Part shown: positions 19,043 through 28,747 of the stretch, one piece after another
Position numbering within the stretch: position 1 is the stretch's first letter
Layout: each line of letters starts with the position of its first letter
Source: an uncultured Sporosarcina sp.
GTDB taxonomy: Bacteria > Bacillota > Bacilli > Bacillales_A > Planococcaceae
Direction: 5' to 3'
Assembly (NCBI GenBank): GCA_964632025.1
Contig: CAZWAW010000001.1
Coordinates: 6,519 to 70,518 of the forward strand
Length of the DNA: 64,000 nucleotides
Notes under the pieces: generated by a model
Database searches by the model: none
Seen by the model: the letters and a program-made list of their open reading frames with translations, nothing else
What the model was told of the DNA's origin: nothing
Program-made: the position numbers and the translations under genes

Positions 19043-20056
19043 ATGGAGAAGCAGCCTCTTTTGGAAGTGGAAAATATAAAGACGCATTTTTACACAGACA
19101 GGGGTCGTGTGACAGCTGTTGATGGCATTAGCTTTCGTCTGAACGCAGGTGAAATTATCGGCGTTGTTGGCGAATCTGGCTGTGGTAAAAGCGTTATGTC
19201 CCAATCAATCATGCGATTATTTGATGAAAGAAATACAGTGGAATATGAAGGGAAGGTTCTCTTTGAGGGCAAGGATTTATTGAAATTATCAAGAGCCAAC
19301 ATGCGAAAAGTTCGCGGTAATGATATTTCGATGATTTTTCAAGATCCGCTTAGTTCATTAAATCCTGTCTTTACAATTGGTGATCAAATTAGAGAGTCTA
19401 TATTATTGCATCAAAAGATCACTAAAAAAGAAGCCTATGCAAAAGCCATTGATATGCTACGACTGACAGGGATTCCTGCGCCAGAACAACGTGTCAACGA
19501 ATATCCCCATCAATTGTCTGGAGGTATGCAACAACGTGTGATGATTGCATTGGCACTGTCCTGTCAACCTAAACTATTAATTGCGGATGAGCCGACGACA
19601 GCACTGGATGTGACGATTCAGGCGCAAATTTTAGATTTAATAGTCGATTTAAATAAACAACTTGGTATGGGTGTACTGTTCATCACGCATGATTTAGGTG
19701 TGGTCGCCGAAGTTTGTTCCAAAGTAATGGTGATGTATTTAGGACAAATTGTTGAGGAAATTGATACAGAAAGTCTTTTTACAAAACCATTACATCCTTA
19801 TACAAAAGGTTTAATTAAGTCAATACCTCAATTAGAAGGAGATCGTTCTAAAAATCTGCATGTCATTGAAGGAACCGTACCATCATTAAATAACGTTCCG
19901 AAAGGCTGTCGTTTTGCAGCACGCTGTCCTTTTGCCGATGAACTCTGTAAAGAATCTGAACCAGAATTAAGGGTTCATCAAGGTGATCAAAAGGTTAGAT
20001 GTTGGCATTATGAAAAAATCAATCTACTGGAGGGAACGGCGCATGAGTCAGAATGA
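19043..20056 (+). CDS. ABC peptide transporter ATP-binding protein (DppD/OppD-like)
   Basis: It has Walker A GESGCGKS, signature LSGGMQQR, Walker B LLIADEPTTALD and an oligopeptide C-terminal domain (CRFAARCPFA). ATG 19043 follows AAGGAGG. Confidence 0.9.
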   Translation: MEKQPLLEVENIKTHFYTDRGRVTAVDGISFRLNAGEIIGVVGESGCGKSVMSQSIMRLFDERNTVEYEGKVLFEGKDLLKLSRANMRKVRGNDISMIFQDPLSSLNPVFTIGDQIRESILLHQKITKKEAYAKAIDMLRLTGIPAPEQRVNEYPHQLSGGMQQRVMIALALSCQPKLLIADEPTTALDVTIQAQILDLIVDLNKQLGMGVLFITHDLGVVAEVCSKVMVMYLGQIVEEIDTESLFTKPLHPYTKGLIKSIPQLEGDRSKNLHVIEGTVPSLNNVPKGCRFAARCPFADELCKESEPELRVHQGDQKVRCWHYEKINLLEGTAHESE

Positions 20057-21038
20057 AACAACGAGTAGGCAACCGATACTTGATGTTCAAAACCTCCAAA
20101 AGTATTTTCCTGTCATGAGTCAGCTGGGGCGTCTAGGCGGTGTCAAGAACAATGTCAAAGCCGTCAATGATGTTTCTTTTCAACTCTATGAAGGCGAAAC
20201 GTATGGCCTTGTTGGTGAATCAGGGTGTGGGAAAAGTACGACAGGACGTACTGTACTTGGTTTAACAGAGGCTACAAATGGTCAAGTGTTGTACCAAGGG
20301 CAGGATATTTTGGGTTTATCGAAAAAGGAGATACGGGGTATTCGTAAGGATTTACAAATGGTCTTTCAAGACCCATATTCCTCTTTAAATCCGCGCATTC
20401 GAATTGGCCAAATGTTAGAGGAACCCATGATTATTCACGCGATAGGCGGCAATAAACAACAAAGACGCCAGCGTGTATTTGATATTTTGCAAAAGGTTGG
20501 TCTACAGCCAGAGCATTACTACCGCTTTCCACATGAGTTTTCTGGTGGACAAAGGCAGCGATTAGGCTTGGCACGCGCACTTATTGTCAATCCGAAAATC
20601 ATTATTTGTGATGAGCCGGTTTCTGCACTAGATGTATCGATTCAATCTCAAATCATCAATTTGTTAAAGCATTTACAAGCGGAATTTGGGCTAACTTATC
20701 TTTTCATCACTCATGATATTAGTGTTGTACGCCATATTTCTGATCGAATTGGGGTTATGTATTTAGGGAATATTGTGGAGGAAGCACCCACAGATAGTTT
20801 ATTTGGAACACCTTTGCATCCTTATACGAAGGCGTTGTTTTCTGCAGTACCTAGCACGGATCGAACGAAGATGAAGGAACGAGTTGTATTACGCGGCGAA
20901 ATTCCATCGCCTTTAAATCCACCATCAGGGTGTATGTTCCATACAAGATGTCCTTTTGCGATGGACAAATGTAAGAGTGAGGTTCCGGTTTATAAGGAAA
21001 TTCACCCCCAGCATAAAGTAGCTTGTCATTTGTATTGA
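20043..21038 (+). CDS. ABC peptide transporter ATP-binding protein (DppF/OppF-like)
   Basis: It has Walker A GESGCGKST, signature FSGGQRQR and Walker B IICDEPVSALD. The start, ATG 20043, overlaps the upstream stop by 14 nt. Confidence 0.9.
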   Translation: MSQNETTSRQPILDVQNLQKYFPVMSQLGRLGGVKNNVKAVNDVSFQLYEGETYGLVGESGCGKSTTGRTVLGLTEATNGQVLYQGQDILGLSKKEIRGIRKDLQMVFQDPYSSLNPRIRIGQMLEEPMIIHAIGGNKQQRRQRVFDILQKVGLQPEHYYRFPHEFSGGQRQRLGLARALIVNPKIIICDEPVSALDVSIQSQIINLLKHLQAEFGLTYLFITHDISVVRHISDRIGVMYLGNIVEEAPTDSLFGTPLHPYTKALFSAVPSTDRTKMKERVVLRGEIPSPLNPPSGCMFHTRCPFAMDKCKSEVPVYKEIHPQHKVACHLY

Positions 21039-21064
21039 TTGACGAATAAGAGGAGGGAACTTTT

Positions 21065-21457
21065 TTGACGATTATCAATAAAGTTAATGGAGTAAACGGG
21101 ATATACAACGAAGCAGGACTACAGGTAGAAGGGAGCTTAGCGCCTAATATAAACGGTCTATCTCCAAAAGAATTGTTAGAAGCATCATTAGGCTTATGCG
21201 TTTCGATTTCACTACAGAAAATGTTTGAGCGGGATAATATTGTAGTCGAAGATAAGGATATTTCGATTGAGGTAACAGCAGTTAAAGGGGCAAATAGCCC
21301 GTCGCACTTTGAGAAATTTGATGTGACTATTGCGTTTCCTGATCACTTCTCTGATGAATACAAAAAAAAGTTGATTATTTCTGTTGATAGGGCTTGTACA
21401 ATTGGGAATACGTTGAAAAACAGTGTGGCGATTCAGACGATTGAACAAACTAAGTAA
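21065..21457 (+). CDS. OsmC family protein
   Basis: 130 aa. It has the OsmC-like core SPKELLEASLGLCVSISL and a second Cys region (VDRACTIGNTL). A TTG start follows AGAGGAGGG. Confidence 0.7.
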   Translation: MTIINKVNGVNGIYNEAGLQVEGSLAPNINGLSPKELLEASLGLCVSISLQKMFERDNIVVEDKDISIEVTAVKGANSPSHFEKFDVTIAFPDHFSDEYKKKLIISVDRACTIGNTLKNSVAIQTIEQTK

Positions 21458-21463
21458 ATAATG

Positions 21464-21496
21464 AGCCGCATCGAGCTAGACTTGATGCGGCTTTTT
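21464..21496 (+). terminator. rho-independent terminator
   Basis: Stem agccgcatc/gatgcggct followed by ttttt. It lies between convergent genes. Confidence 0.65.
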
Positions 21497-21500
21497 CATA

Positions 21501-22706
21501 TTACTGCGAACTCCGCGCATAACGAACATACACAACAAAAAAAAGTGCAGCACTGAGAAAGCGTAACCCAGAATTAATGTACATTGCAGTTTCCACACCA
21601 AAGACATTTAACAACCATATGCCAATTTGAGGAGCGAGGAAAGCCACAACTGCGAGTAATACATTGTACGTTGTTATGCAATAGGTCCTCGATTTTTCAG
21701 GCGATTGCTCGAGCAGTAAATTGAACAACAACAGCACAGTACCCGATAAGAAAAAGCCTGACGTCGTTTGCACGAGTGTTAAATAGTATAGATTAGTAGA
21801 TAGTACCGTTAAGAAAGGTGTCGTTGCCATACCAATAGCTGCCCACACAAAGACGCGAACATTTGATTTTTGTTCCGCCCATTTTTTCCATAAAGGGAAA
21901 GTCACAATTTGCATTAACATGCTGCCAACTGAAAACATGCTAATCCAAAAGATTGTTGCCCCAACAACCCGAACATGGTAAATGTTGAAAATCCCCCAAG
22001 CCATTTGCCAAGTGAAATTGAAAAAGAGTGCCCCCACTAGAAACCATACATAGCTGGAATGTTGAAAAATTGACCAATCCATCAATTTCTTTTTCGCTAT
22101 AGGTCCTTCGATTATTACGGGTCCTTCTTCGTGTTTCATCAATAAAAATACTTCCACTAATCCAAAACAAAATGCGATAGCGAATAATACTTGATAGGCT
22201 ACTACATTGTCAGACGCGTCTTTCATTAAAATTCCGATTAATAGGGTTGAAACAAGGCCAACCATTGTTAGAAACCGGTTGCGATCACTGAAAAATGCAC
22301 CACGTCTCGAATTGCTAACCAAGCCACCAATGAGCGTCTGCCATCCTATGTTGGCGACTGTATTTGGTATGCTCATTAATGCTAAAACAGCGAGAAATGC
22401 CCAGGCTTGAAACGCAGCAGATGGTAAGTAAACAAGCAAAATAATAAGTAAAAACATCAAACGCGCAAGCAACACTGCCATCGCTACAAGTTTCTTTTGT
22501 GTGTGTGCTCTATTTAACAAAACTGCAGCAGGAATAGTCATAAGCAATGCCATAAGTGGGGGCAGGGAACTTATTAGCCCTACTTGATAATTCGTTGCGC
22601 CTAAAATTGTAATCGCAAAAATCGGGAAAAAGTTATTCGAAAAGTTTAAAGCAATAGTCGAAGCCATTCCATGATAAATACTGATTTTTTCATTATAAGT
22701 TCGCAT
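21501..22706 (-). CDS. MFS transporter
   Basis: 401 aa, about 12 TM segments, with MFS-like loop motifs. The substrate is not inferable. Confidence 0.8.
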   Translation of the reverse strand: MRTYNEKISIYHGMASTIALNFSNNFFPIFAITILGATNYQVGLISSLPPLMALLMTIPAAVLLNRAHTQKKLVAMAVLLARLMFLLIILLVYLPSAAFQAWAFLAVLALMSIPNTVANIGWQTLIGGLVSNSRRGAFFSDRNRFLTMVGLVSTLLIGILMKDASDNVVAYQVLFAIAFCFGLVEVFLLMKHEEGPVIIEGPIAKKKLMDWSIFQHSSYVWFLVGALFFNFTWQMAWGIFNIYHVRVVGATIFWISMFSVGSMLMQIVTFPLWKKWAEQKSNVRVFVWAAIGMATTPFLTVLSTNLYYLTLVQTTSGFFLSGTVLLLFNLLLEQSPEKSRTYCITTYNVLLAVVAFLAPQIGIWLLNVFGVETAMYINSGLRFLSAALFFVVYVRYARSSQ

Positions 22707-23086
22707 GATATCTCCAAACTATTTTGAATTTAAATTCTTATGTATTGAATTATAAACCCGATTTTAGAGAAAACAAGTACTTTGAGACACGAAATTTCGG
22801 ATTATTTGGTTCCTTATTCTAACGTGAGAGTTTAAAAAATCATGTTTGTTCAAAATAATATGATCGTAGTTGTGAACTGGCACCGTCTTTTGACAACGTT
22901 ATGTAGTCCTTCTTATCTAAAAAAATAATTTCACTATTGTATTTTTTCATAGATTGCTTGTGTTCTGCTATATAAAAATGAGTGCCTTCTACTTTTGGAC
23001 CCAAAATCGAATACAACTTAAAGTCCTATCATATAATCAAAAAGAAGTTAATTGTTGGATTATTCTAAAATATTGGAGGGAGTTTA

Positions 23087-24541
23087 GTGGAGGGTTTTGT
23101 AAATGGTCTGAATAATATTTTGTGGAGTATGCCAGTCATCTATATTTTACTTGCGGTCGGTTTGTTTTTCTCTATATTGACACGCTTTTTGCAGGTGAGA
23201 CACATTAAAGAGATGGTTAGATTGATGTTTCAGGGGAAGAGCTCGAAAGCGGGTATTTCCTCCTTCCAAGCGCTATCGATTGCGCTTTCCGGACGGGTTG
23301 GGACAGGAAATATCGCGGGTGTGGCAACGGCAATTTATTTCGGTGGACCAGGAGCTGTCTTTTGGATGTGGGCAATTGCTTTCATTGGGGCTTCAAGTGC
23401 CTTTGTTGAGTCAACACTAGCACAAATTTACAAAGTGAAACAAGATGGACAATATCGCGGTGGTCCAGCTTATTTTATTGAGAAAGGGATAGGCTGGAAG
23501 TGGTTTGGGACTCTATTTGCAATTGCAGCTTTGATTGCGATGGCGGTCCTCATGCCAGGTGTCCAATCCAATTCAATTGCTGTTGGGATGAATAACGCTT
23601 TTAATATTCCTCAATGGGGAACTGGACTTGTGATCGTAACTATATTAGGTTTCATTATTCTAGGTGGAGTCAAGCGAATTGCGAACGTTGCACAGGTCAT
23701 CGTTCCGTTCATGGCGCTTGGATACATGTTGGTTGCACTCGTAATTATCGTAATGAATATCAATCTCTTACCTGAAGTCTTCACTTTGATTTTTAAAAGT
23801 GCTTTTGCCATGGATTCCGCTTTTGGCGGTATAATTGGTATGGCGATCATGTGGGGCGTGAAGAGAGGAATATTTTCAAACGAAGCAGGACAAGGAACTG
23901 GAGCGCATGCGGCCGCGGCGGCAGAAGTATCCCATCCTGTCAAACAAGGTTTGGTTCAGTCTTTTTCCGTCTACATTGACACATTGTTCGTTTGTTCAGC
24001 GACAGCATTCATGATCCTGTTTACGGGAATGTATAACACGCAAGCAGAGGACGGCACATATATCGTTAATAATATACCTGGTGTAGAACAGGGGCCAGGG
24101 TATACACAGGCTGCTGTTGACAGTGCTCTTCCTGGTTTTGGGGCAGGCTTCGTAGCCATTGCACTCTTTTTCTTCGCATTTACTACAATCATGGCTTATT
24201 ACTATATTGCAGAAACAAACATTGCTTATTTAACACGAAAGAAAAACAAGAAAACAGCTATGCTTTTGTTGAAAATCATCATTCTAATCACGACTTTCTG
24301 GGGAACAATCAGATCCGCAGAGTTGGCCTGGGCACTTGGAGATGTAGGCTTGGGTGTTATGGTATGGTTGAATGTCATTGCAATCTTACTATTGACCAAA
24401 CCGGCGCTGATTGCCTTGAAAGATTATGAAAGTCAGAAGAAGTTGGGGCTAGATCCTGTTTTCGATCCCAAAAAGCTTGGTATTAAAAATGCAGACTTTT
24501 GGGAAAATGAATACAAACAGGATTCAGAGGACGATTTATGA
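23087..24541 (+). CDS. alanine/glycine:cation symporter (AGCS family)
   Basis: 484 aa with AGCS signature regions (SGRVGTGNIAGVATAI, GGPGAVFWMW, FSNEAGQG). Confidence 0.9.
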   Translation: MEGFVNGLNNILWSMPVIYILLAVGLFFSILTRFLQVRHIKEMVRLMFQGKSSKAGISSFQALSIALSGRVGTGNIAGVATAIYFGGPGAVFWMWAIAFIGASSAFVESTLAQIYKVKQDGQYRGGPAYFIEKGIGWKWFGTLFAIAALIAMAVLMPGVQSNSIAVGMNNAFNIPQWGTGLVIVTILGFIILGGVKRIANVAQVIVPFMALGYMLVALVIIVMNINLLPEVFTLIFKSAFAMDSAFGGIIGMAIMWGVKRGIFSNEAGQGTGAHAAAAAEVSHPVKQGLVQSFSVYIDTLFVCSATAFMILFTGMYNTQAEDGTYIVNNIPGVEQGPGYTQAAVDSALPGFGAGFVAIALFFFAFTTIMAYYYIAETNIAYLTRKKNKKTAMLLLKIIILITTFWGTIRSAELAWALGDVGLGVMVWLNVIAILLLTKPALIALKDYESQKKLGLDPVFDPKKLGIKNADFWENEYKQDSEDDL

Positions 24542-24656
24542 TACTAGGCCTAACATCAAAGTCTGTTCTTGGCATTTAAAAGCATATGTAATGAAAAAAA
24601 TCTGATTCTAACATAATTCAGAATAGCATCAGAATCAGGTTCCTGAAATTCAGTTA

Positions 24657-24690
24657 AAATCAGCCATTTATGTGAATGGCTGATTTTTTG
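24657..24690 (+). terminator. rho-independent terminator
   Basis: Stem atcagccatt/aatggctgat followed by tttttt. Confidence 0.75.
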
Positions 24691-24866
24691 TGTTTTTATT
24701 CTATATGGATGAATTGATCGCCATTGACTGTCGCATAAAAGTCCTATTATATGTGAATAAATTTTGGGGGAATCGGTTGTGTTAAAATAGGACTACAAAT
24801 GTTTTTGCGAAATTGAATGAAATCAACAGTAGACAGATTATTCGTAATGTAGTTGGAGGGAAAAGT

Positions 24867-25562
24867 ATGAGGTTGAATCAATTTATTAGTTCATCGGGAC
24901 TTTGTTCAAGACGGAAGGTCGATGTATTGATTAAAGAGGGAAAAGTGACTGTGAACGGGGAGCAGATTTCACTAGGGCATGTAATTAGTGAAGGGGACCG
25001 GGTGGAAGTGGATGGGCTTCTTATAGAAGCGAAAGAAAATGATATATATATTATGCTCAATAAACCACCCGGTGTGACGTGTACCGCGACAAGTCGAATT
25101 GAAGGAAATATTATCGATTTCGTCAATTACCCGGAGCGGATCTTTCCTGTTGGACGGCTTGATAAGCAATCTGAAGGATTAATTCTTTTGACGAATGATG
25201 GTAGCATTGTCAATGAGCTTCTACTGGAAGAAAATAATCATGAAAAAGACTATATTGTAACGGTGGATAAAAAAATAACGGCCGCGTTTATAGAGGAAAT
25301 GGCTAGTGGCGTGGAAATTTATAATCCTAGAAAAAAAGGGAATGTATTAACAAAGCCATGTAAAGTTATTCAAATAGATGATAATTGTTTTAAAATTACC
25401 TTGTCACAAGGGTTGAACCGACAAATTAGAAGAATGTGCAGACGGTTTCAATTTAATGTTACTCGTTTACAGCGTGTAAGGATCAAAGAACTCCCACTTG
25501 GTGCGTTAGCTCTTGGTCAATGGCGCAAATTAACGGAAGAAGAAATAGCGGGGTTGAAATAA
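24867..25562 (+). CDS. rRNA pseudouridine synthase (RsuA/RluB/RluF family) with N-terminal S4 domain
   Basis: It has the S4 motif MRLNQFISSSGLCSRRKVD and the catalytic motif GRLDKQSEGLILLTNDG. ATG 24867 follows GGAGGG. The track start at 24813 has no RBS. Confidence 0.85.
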   Translation: MRLNQFISSSGLCSRRKVDVLIKEGKVTVNGEQISLGHVISEGDRVEVDGLLIEAKENDIYIMLNKPPGVTCTATSRIEGNIIDFVNYPERIFPVGRLDKQSEGLILLTNDGSIVNELLLEENNHEKDYIVTVDKKITAAFIEEMASGVEIYNPRKKGNVLTKPCKVIQIDDNCFKITLSQGLNRQIRRMCRRFQFNVTRLQRVRIKELPLGALALGQWRKLTEEEIAGLK

Positions 25563-25590
25563 AAACGTGTACAACTAGGAGTTCAGCAGG

Positions 25591-25627
25591 GTCATTAGTC
25601 TCCAGGAGAAGTACTGACTTTTTTTGT
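25591..25627 (+). terminator. terminator after the pseudouridine synthase gene
   Basis: Imperfect stem gtcattagtctcc/ggagaagtactgac followed by ttttttt. Confidence 0.45.
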
Positions 25628-25690
25628 TGGTTTATTCGTAAAGATGAATTTCCATAAAAAAGTCTGATGCAGGAAACTAAAAAGTTGCGG

Positions 25691-25719
25691 GAGTGTAACT
25701 ATTTCTTTTGGACATACTA
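25691..25719 (+). promoter_or_regulatory. possible forespore (sigma-G/F-type) promoter
   Basis: GAGTG (25691-25695), a 17-nt spacer, then CATACTA (25713-25719). Compare the remembered consensus GHATR-17/18-CATXHTA. It lies about 50 nt upstream of the small ORF. Confidence 0.3.
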
Positions 25720-25770
25720 CAATTTGAACTAATAAATTGAGGAAATAACAAAACGGAGGTGAAAGAAATA

Positions 25771-25923
25771 ATGCCGAAAAACAAAGAAGCAAATAGTGAT
25801 AGCAATAACAATAAAGGGAAGAAAGCCACTAGTGTAACGCCTCAAGGAAATCAAGATACGGAATTCGCTGCAGAACCAAAAAGCAAGCTAGAAGAAGTAG
25901 CCAAAAAGAAAAACACAAAGTAG
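25771..25923 (+). CDS. small hydrophilic 50-aa protein, minor acid-soluble spore protein-like
   Basis: It is below the track size cut-off. ATG 25771 lies 8 nt after ACGGAGGTG. The product is MPKNKEANSDSNNNKGKKATSVTPQGNQDTEFAAEPKSKLEEVAKKKNTK. A strong terminator follows immediately. Confidence 0.55.
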   Translation: MPKNKEANSDSNNNKGKKATSVTPQGNQDTEFAAEPKSKLEEVAKKKNTK

Positions 25924-25960
25924 ATTTTAGGTGCTCAACACATTGAAATAAATAAATAGA

Positions 25961-25996
25961 AATGCCCTGTCTTGAAATAAGAGACAGGGCATTTTG
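25961..25996 (+). terminator. rho-independent terminator
   Basis: Stem atgccctgtct/agacagggcat followed by tttt. Confidence 0.75.
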
Positions 25997-26025
25997 TAGC
26001 CTCACTATCAACCATCGTTAACGTA

Positions 26026-26200
26026 TCAATGAGCTTGCATCTTGTTCCGGTGGTTCTTCATTTTACGTATTTGATAAATCGCAATCAGTAAAAGTGCACC
26101 GATATAGAATATCAAAATTCGAATAGGAATATTATTGATAGCTTTTGGAATAACCTTCTCCGGATTTTCTGTTTTATTTGGATAACTAATCTTAACTGAA
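26026..26200 (-). pseudogene. internal fragment of an APC-family amino acid permease gene
   Basis: The minus-frame translation ...NKTENPEKVIPKAINNIPIRILIFYIGALLLIAIY carries the conserved (E)NPxKxIPxAIxxxxxRIxxFYxG block of amino acid permeases. There is no N-terminal or C-terminal remainder. Confidence 0.45.
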
Positions 26201-26287
26201 CACCGTTACCGATAATATAAAGTAAAAGCCTATTGGCTAACCAAGTTTGGCTGTCCAACACGCTTTTACTATACATAAATTTCTAAT

Positions 26288-26986
26288 TCAATAAATAACC
26301 TGATGACCGAAATTAAATTCGTGCCAGTTCTGAATTTCATATGTAGGCCGCGTAGTCGTTGAGTTTATCTTTTGTTGAGGATTGAACCAACAAGTATCGA
26401 TTCCGAAGTTATTGCCACCTTGAATATCAGATGAAAGTGAATCTCCAATCATTAAAACTCGGGACTTATCTGCTATTTGCAATTTATTGAAGGTATACTC
26501 GAATATCTCTGCCTGCGGTTTTTGGTAACCTGCTTCTTCGGATGTAATGATAGCTTCAAACGAATTTTTCAGCACTGATCCACCGATTCGTGCCAACTGA
26601 ACATTTTTAAATCCGTTAGTCAATATCACCAATTTGCAACCCGTGAGATTACTAAGCATTTCTGTCACACCGTCAATGAGATGGACTTCTTTGCCTAAGT
26701 TTTCAAGATAAGTCTGCCCAAATACTTCCGCGTCCATTTCGAGATCGTATTGCATGAACAATCGCTTAAATCTTTCCGTTTTCAACTCCGTCAATGTAAT
26801 GCGCCCTTGTTCCAAATCATCCCACAGCACCTCGCTGATTGTCTTGTAACTAGCCCTGTAGTCCCTTAATCCATTCGGGAATCCACTAGATTGGAATGAA
26901 TGAGAAAACGCACGTTTTTCGGTTTCACCAAAATCAAACAATGTATCATCTAAATCAAACAAAAATACATCATATTTCACAAACAT
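26288..26986 (-). CDS. HAD-superfamily hydrolase, YjjG-type noncanonical pyrimidine nucleotidase-like
   Basis: 232 aa with HAD motif I (LFDLDDTLFDF), motif II (ILTNG) and motif IV (GDSLSSDIQGG). Confidence 0.8.
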   Translation of the reverse strand: MFVKYDVFLFDLDDTLFDFGETEKRAFSHSFQSSGFPNGLRDYRASYKTISEVLWDDLEQGRITLTELKTERFKRLFMQYDLEMDAEVFGQTYLENLGKEVHLIDGVTEMLSNLTGCKLVILTNGFKNVQLARIGGSVLKNSFEAIITSEEAGYQKPQAEIFEYTFNKLQIADKSRVLMIGDSLSSDIQGGNNFGIDTCWFNPQQKINSTTTRPTYEIQNWHEFNFGHQVIY

Positions 26987-27090
26987 CTCATCCTTTACAA
27001 ACTGTATTTAGTAGTGTGATGACAGTATAACATGATATTCTCATTTAAAATGAGCAATAATTGTCACACATCTAACTACTTCTAGTCATC

Positions 27091-27138
27091 AAAAAAAGCG
27101 CGCGTGCAGAACTAGTTTATCTGCACGCACGCTTTTTA
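27091..27138 (-). terminator. rho-independent terminator of the urea transporter gene
   Basis: 13-bp GC-rich stem agcgcgcgtgcag/ctgcacgcacgct with one wobble pair. It is flanked by an A run (plus strand) and a T run, so it could act in both directions. Confidence 0.65.
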
Positions 27139-28077
27139 AATTTTCGGAAAAATCTTTCTTGCAGCTATAAACAACCAAGTACATAGGATAAAAGGGAACG
27201 TCAGTGCAGGAAGTCCAAGCGGGTTAAGAAGGAACTCCAAGCCTGCAGTAACCGGAACTGTCAAGGTGGCAGCTACTATCCCAGTCAGTGGAGTTTTTTC
27301 GGGTTTATTATCAAATACGAGACTGACGGCTATGATGGTCAAAACGGCGTTGTAATTATACAAACCTAAATTCAAAGATTGTGCATCTACACCCATAAAA
27401 TAGGCAGTTAGCCAAGATACAAAGGTACCAATAATTGCATAAACCCCGAATCGCCATCCCGCTAAGAAAAGCCCGGTAAGGATGAGAGCCCCTGTCAAAA
27501 GAGAGTCAATGATGAAGACTTCGCCGATACCTTTTATCAATCCAACAATTAAAGTCGGTGTCCCCTCTGTTTGCAAATTCCAGCGTGCGGGGGAGCTTAT
27601 AACAAAACCTGGATCCATATGAAGGACATCGGTCCGGTAAGTAACAAGTAGCCCAATCCACGTAATAAAGACGAATGGCACCGTTAGTATAGGAATTCCC
27701 CATTTAACAATCCTTTTCGTTAGAACAGCCATTACTAAAGCGGCAATAGCGGCGGCAATCAAAGCAATCAGCCAGCGATTATTCCCCGTTAAAAAAAGAA
27801 TGACGGCCATTCCACTTAAAACAGAATTGAAACTGTAAATCCCAGCGTGAATTAGTGAACGATCTCCATCAAAATATTGTGCGGTAATCGTTCCGACTAA
27901 AGAGGAAAGAAAAGCCATTAGGCCAAGGAATGGAGAATAAAGTGTGATGCCAATTAGAATGAGAAATCCTGAAAAAGCATTATCAACTAGAATAACTTGC
28001 GAAAATCCCTTTAATGACGACGAAATAAGTAATATGAACTTATTAAGAACAGTGGGTTTAGCGTTAATTTGCTGCAT
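27136..28077 (-). CDS. urea transporter (UT family)
   Basis: 313 aa. It has the N-terminal FSQVILVDNAFSGFLILIG motif and the internally duplicated 5+5 TM pattern typical of UT channels. Confidence 0.8.
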   Translation of the reverse strand: MQQINAKPTVLNKFILLISSSLKGFSQVILVDNAFSGFLILIGITLYSPFLGLMAFLSSLVGTITAQYFDGDRSLIHAGIYSFNSVLSGMAVILFLTGNNRWLIALIAAAIAALVMAVLTKRIVKWGIPILTVPFVFITWIGLLVTYRTDVLHMDPGFVISSPARWNLQTEGTPTLIVGLIKGIGEVFIIDSLLTGALILTGLFLAGWRFGVYAIIGTFVSWLTAYFMGVDAQSLNLGLYNYNAVLTIIAVSLVFDNKPEKTPLTGIVAATLTVPVTAGLEFLLNPLGLPALTFPFILCTWLFIAARKIFPKI

Positions 28078-28264
28078 GTGGACATCTCCTGTGTATTATT
28101 TGCATTAGTTGGATCAAAACTAGTTGTCCAAAGAACACGGAAATAAGTGAAATAAAGTACCTTTTCAATACTATTTAAGTATAGTACCATAAAAAGGGCT
28201 TTACTTATACAAAAAAAGGTGTAAAATAATATTTTGTAAATAAAAGTTCATTTAGGAGTGACTA

Positions 28265-28489
28265 ATGAAATTATCAGAGAAAAAAGTATTAATTGCCACG
28301 GGGATATTGTTTGTAATTGTCGCGGCCATGTTGAACCTCGGCAACAAAGTGATTGCTGAGAACATTGTGAATCAGCCTAGTATAGAAATCGTTTCATCAT
28401 CTTATAACGTCAATGATGGAAAACTGACTTTGGAATTCGAAAAATCGACTAAAGAATTACTATTCTTATCGAATATCGTCATTCGATAA
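28265..28489 (+). CDS. small membrane-anchored hypothetical protein, probably disrupted at its 3' end
   Basis: 74 aa. ATG follows AGGAGTG and the N-terminus has a TM anchor. The reading frame ends inside a perfect inverted repeat. A further 32 sense codons (EPTRQNDYFLVEAYISELTQGDMVRIIIEATV) continue in another frame to about 28610. Confidence 0.35.
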   Translation: MKLSEKKVLIATGILFVIVAAMLNLGNKVIAENIVNQPSIEIVSSSYNVNDGKLTLEFEKSTKELLFLSNIVIR

Positions 28490-28498
28490 GAATAGTAA
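28457..28498. repeat. perfect 18-bp inverted repeat with 6-nt spacer
   Basis: ttactattcttatcgaat (28457-28474), atcgtc, then attcgataagaatagtaa (28481-28498). I checked it base by base. No U tract follows. Confidence 0.9.
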
Positions 28499-28711
28499 TT
28501 CGTTTAGTAGAGAGCCTACAAGGCAGAATGATTATTTTCTAGTTGAAGCCTATATTTCCGAATTAACTCAAGGAGATATGGTAAGAATTATAATAGAAGC
28601 TACTGTTTAACAAAGGAATTAGAGATGGAACACAAAATACAAATGTTGAACGCATTCAAGAGCTTTTAGGTGCAATATCCATGTATTCATTATAAGATTG
28701 AAAAACCTATG

Positions 28712-28747
28712 ACTGATTGTCTCCGAATATGGAGCAATCAGTTTTTG
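28712..28747 (+). terminator. rho-independent terminator insulating the helicase operon from upstream transcription
   Basis: Stem actgattg(t)ctcc/ggagcaatcagt with loop gaatat, followed by ttttt. Confidence 0.65.

Noticed and set aside
22707-23086. Glycine riboswitch or another leader in the 380-bp region upstream of the alanine/glycine symporter
   Set aside because: I looked for the GGAGAG...CACCG...CTGGAGAG aptamer cores and found none. The region is simply AT-rich with no convincing conserved-looking structure.
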